A DNA stretch of 64,000 nucleotides from Malacoraja senta (taxonomy: Eukaryota), in assembly GCA_038087875.1 (NCBI GenBank), contig CM075992.1:11410001-11474000 (forward strand). The letters run 5' to 3'. How positions within the stretch are numbered: the first letter of the stretch is position 1; every line of letters starts with the position of its first letter. The position numbers and the translations under genes are program-made. Below are positions 61,708-64,000 of the stretch, in pieces. The notes under the pieces are model-generated. The model saw only the letters and a program-made list of their open reading frames with translations. It did no database searches and was not told the DNA's origin.

Positions 61708-64000
61708 AATTTTACTTCGGAGTCACGTGAGTGACTACGTGAAGAGCCCGTCCAGCACGCATGTGCGACATTAGCGTTCACGCAGTGCAACAGCGACGAA
61801 CGGGAGTACAGGCGCTCCCGCTACAAGTTTAAACGGACCATCAGGTAAGTACTTACTCTGAGGTCGTATTCAAGAACCTTTGCTCTGCTTTGTCAATTCC
61901 AGGCAAGAACCTGGGGAAACTGAGCAAAGCACGGCAAGGGAAAAAGACCGCCCCCCGTTCGACTCCAACAGAACGGGAGTGTCCCATCAGTGGGGGGCGA
62001 GAGGCAGCACCTGGACCGCATATGCTGCGGTCCACCCTCATTGAGACCGAGCCGAGCCCAGTACCGCTAGCGCAGCCTGACCAACAGCAGTGGACTGGAG
62101 GCAAATCAAGACAAAAAACTGACCGGCCGGTTATTTCTGACTCCAATGAGGAGGGCTCTCCGCCTTAGAGCGGCAGAGCTAGCCGCCTGAGCCGCATGGA
62201 AAGGCTCATGGAACAAATGCTCCAGCGAGACTTGCTTCGGGAGCTGGAGCAGTCTCGCCAAGGGAACTCAGGCACTCCCACATCAGTGCTCTACAATGCA
62301 CTGGCCATCGCTTCCCCCTCAGCTGAGGGCAGCGTTGGCGACCAGGGCTGGGCTGGTCAGGAACAGGGGGTCATTGGCTGAAGATGTCGGGAGTACGCTT
62401 GGGGTACAGGATCAGGAAGAGCTGCTGGGTGTGGAGAATCGCTACGTGGCTACACCACGAGCAGGGCGGCCGTTGCAGTCAAAACTGGCGGCCAGCATTA
62501 ACCACCTGTCCCTCAAACCCCTATAAGAAGAGAAATCTGGGGGTATGTTGGACAGAGTATCCGGAAACAGGAGCTAAAATTACACGTATCCTCAAGCTCC
62601 TGACGACAAGGATAACATCCTATGCTCGTTCCGTGGATGGGGTGGATATGACCACCAACCAGCAAGACACTCTGGCTCTGCTGTGCAACACTCAATATGA
62701 GATAAACAACCTCCGCAAGGAGAGAATAAGACCTGCCCTCAATTCCAAAAATGCAGGACTGTGTACAACACCGGCCTCAGAGCCGCAGATCCCGTTATTT
62801 GGAAAGGACTTGACAAGTGAAAGACCTGGAGGAAGAGTCCAAAGCATTTGGCCTCATGAGGCAGGCCCCGGAACGAGCAGACCCACACAACCCAGAAGGC
62901 AGTACCCACCGCATCCACCAGTCGACGTCAAACTTATGGGACTGGTGAAAGCTCGGGGTCCGCATACCATCCCCGAAAGCCTTTTTTAGGCCAGGGCCCA
63001 GAGCGGACCCCATGGAAAATGCGCCACCCCCAACCAGCAGTACATCCAGCAGTACAACAACGGATGAAGAAACTGACGAAAGGAACACTTCCATAATTAT
63101 GGAGGTAGGTGGGTCTGGTTCCTACCAGCATATAAAAAGTGGGAGAACTGTACTAACAGGGGAGATTACACCTGTTCATTGAAGCATGGAGGTCTGTCAC
63201 GAATGATAGTTATATACTTAACAATATTCGTGGATATAAAATAGAGTTCATTCAAGAAAATATGCCACCAGTTCAGCATGTACCCCAAAGGGTCTTTACC
63301 CTCTCAGTCAAAGAAAAACTAGAGGGTCAAGCAGAACTGGTGAGGTTACTTACAAAGGGTATCATTGAGAAATCCAAACATGAACCTTTGGAATTTGTCT
63401 CAAATATATTTACCAAAGACAAAAAAGATGGTGGATGTCGCATCATCATTGACTTCACTAAATACCTTTGTTAAGTATGTACATTTCAAAATGGAAACAT
63501 TTGTAACTGCCAAACAATTGATTTCCAAAGGATACTTTATGGCAGGTATTGATTTAAAAGATGCCTACTATACAGTACCCATTCAAAAGGGTTATCGCAG
63601 ATACCTGAAATTTACCTGGATGGGGCAACTATGGCAGTTTAAAGCGTTGCCTAAATGGGTTAACATCAGCCCAAAACTATTTACCAAGATATTAAACCGG
63701 CCTTGGCAACATTGAGAAAACACAGACATATTGTCATAGCATATCTTGATAATATTCTAATAGTAGGAAAAACCATGGAGTTGGCTAAATCAGCTGTATT
63801 AGCTACCAAACAATTGTTTGAAACCCTGGGATTTGTCATACATCCAGATAAATCTAAGTTGACGCCATCCACAACTATGGACTATCTGGGATTCACGATT
63901 AACTCAGTCCACATGTCCGTAATGTTGCCAAAAGATAAAGTAGCAGACTTGGCACAGACGTGTAACAATTTAATGGTTAGCAATCGACCAACCATCCGAC
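61708..64000 (+). mobile_element. Second DIRS subfamily element (5' end, gag, RT), continues beyond window
   Basis: Terminus aattttacttcggagtcacgtga..acgtgaaga matches the terminus at 16161; RT motifs KKDGGCRIIID, HFKMET, IDLKDAYY, FKALP, YLDN. Confidence 0.9.

Overview
Vertebrate, repeat-dense genomic DNA. The V-SINE/HE1-type SINEs, CR1/HER1-type LINEs and Penelope pseudo-LTRs suggest an elasmobranch such as a skate or ray (inference). The dominant structure is a very large inverted duplication: 1-17184 is the reverse complement of 22787-41013, and the left arm probably continues beyond the window. Between the arms lie a 200-N scaffold gap, a poly-C tract and the remainder of a DIRS element. 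Each arm carries five canonical-splice exons (221, 67, 92, 169 and 90 bp) encoding TM3 to the C-tail of an ADGRE/CD97-like adhesion GPCR. The two copies point away from each other and their 5' exons were not found in the window. The arms differ by scattered SNPs and several arm-specific indels, so they are either recent head-to-head paralogues or two haplotypes falsely joined at the gap. Everything else is transposable-element derived: DIRS tyrosine-recombinase retroelements, a MULE-type insertion with a 9-bp TSD, Penelope fragments including a 94-bp-stem hairpin with hammerhead-ribozyme cores on both strands, a young 5'-truncated L1, a Tx1-clade LINE split by an 18-bp quasi-palindromic minisatellite, an RTE split by a TIR element with a 7-bp TSD, a rearranged Gypsy element and many CR1 fragments. 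No prokaryotic genes, CRISPR arrays, rRNA or true tRNA genes are supported.
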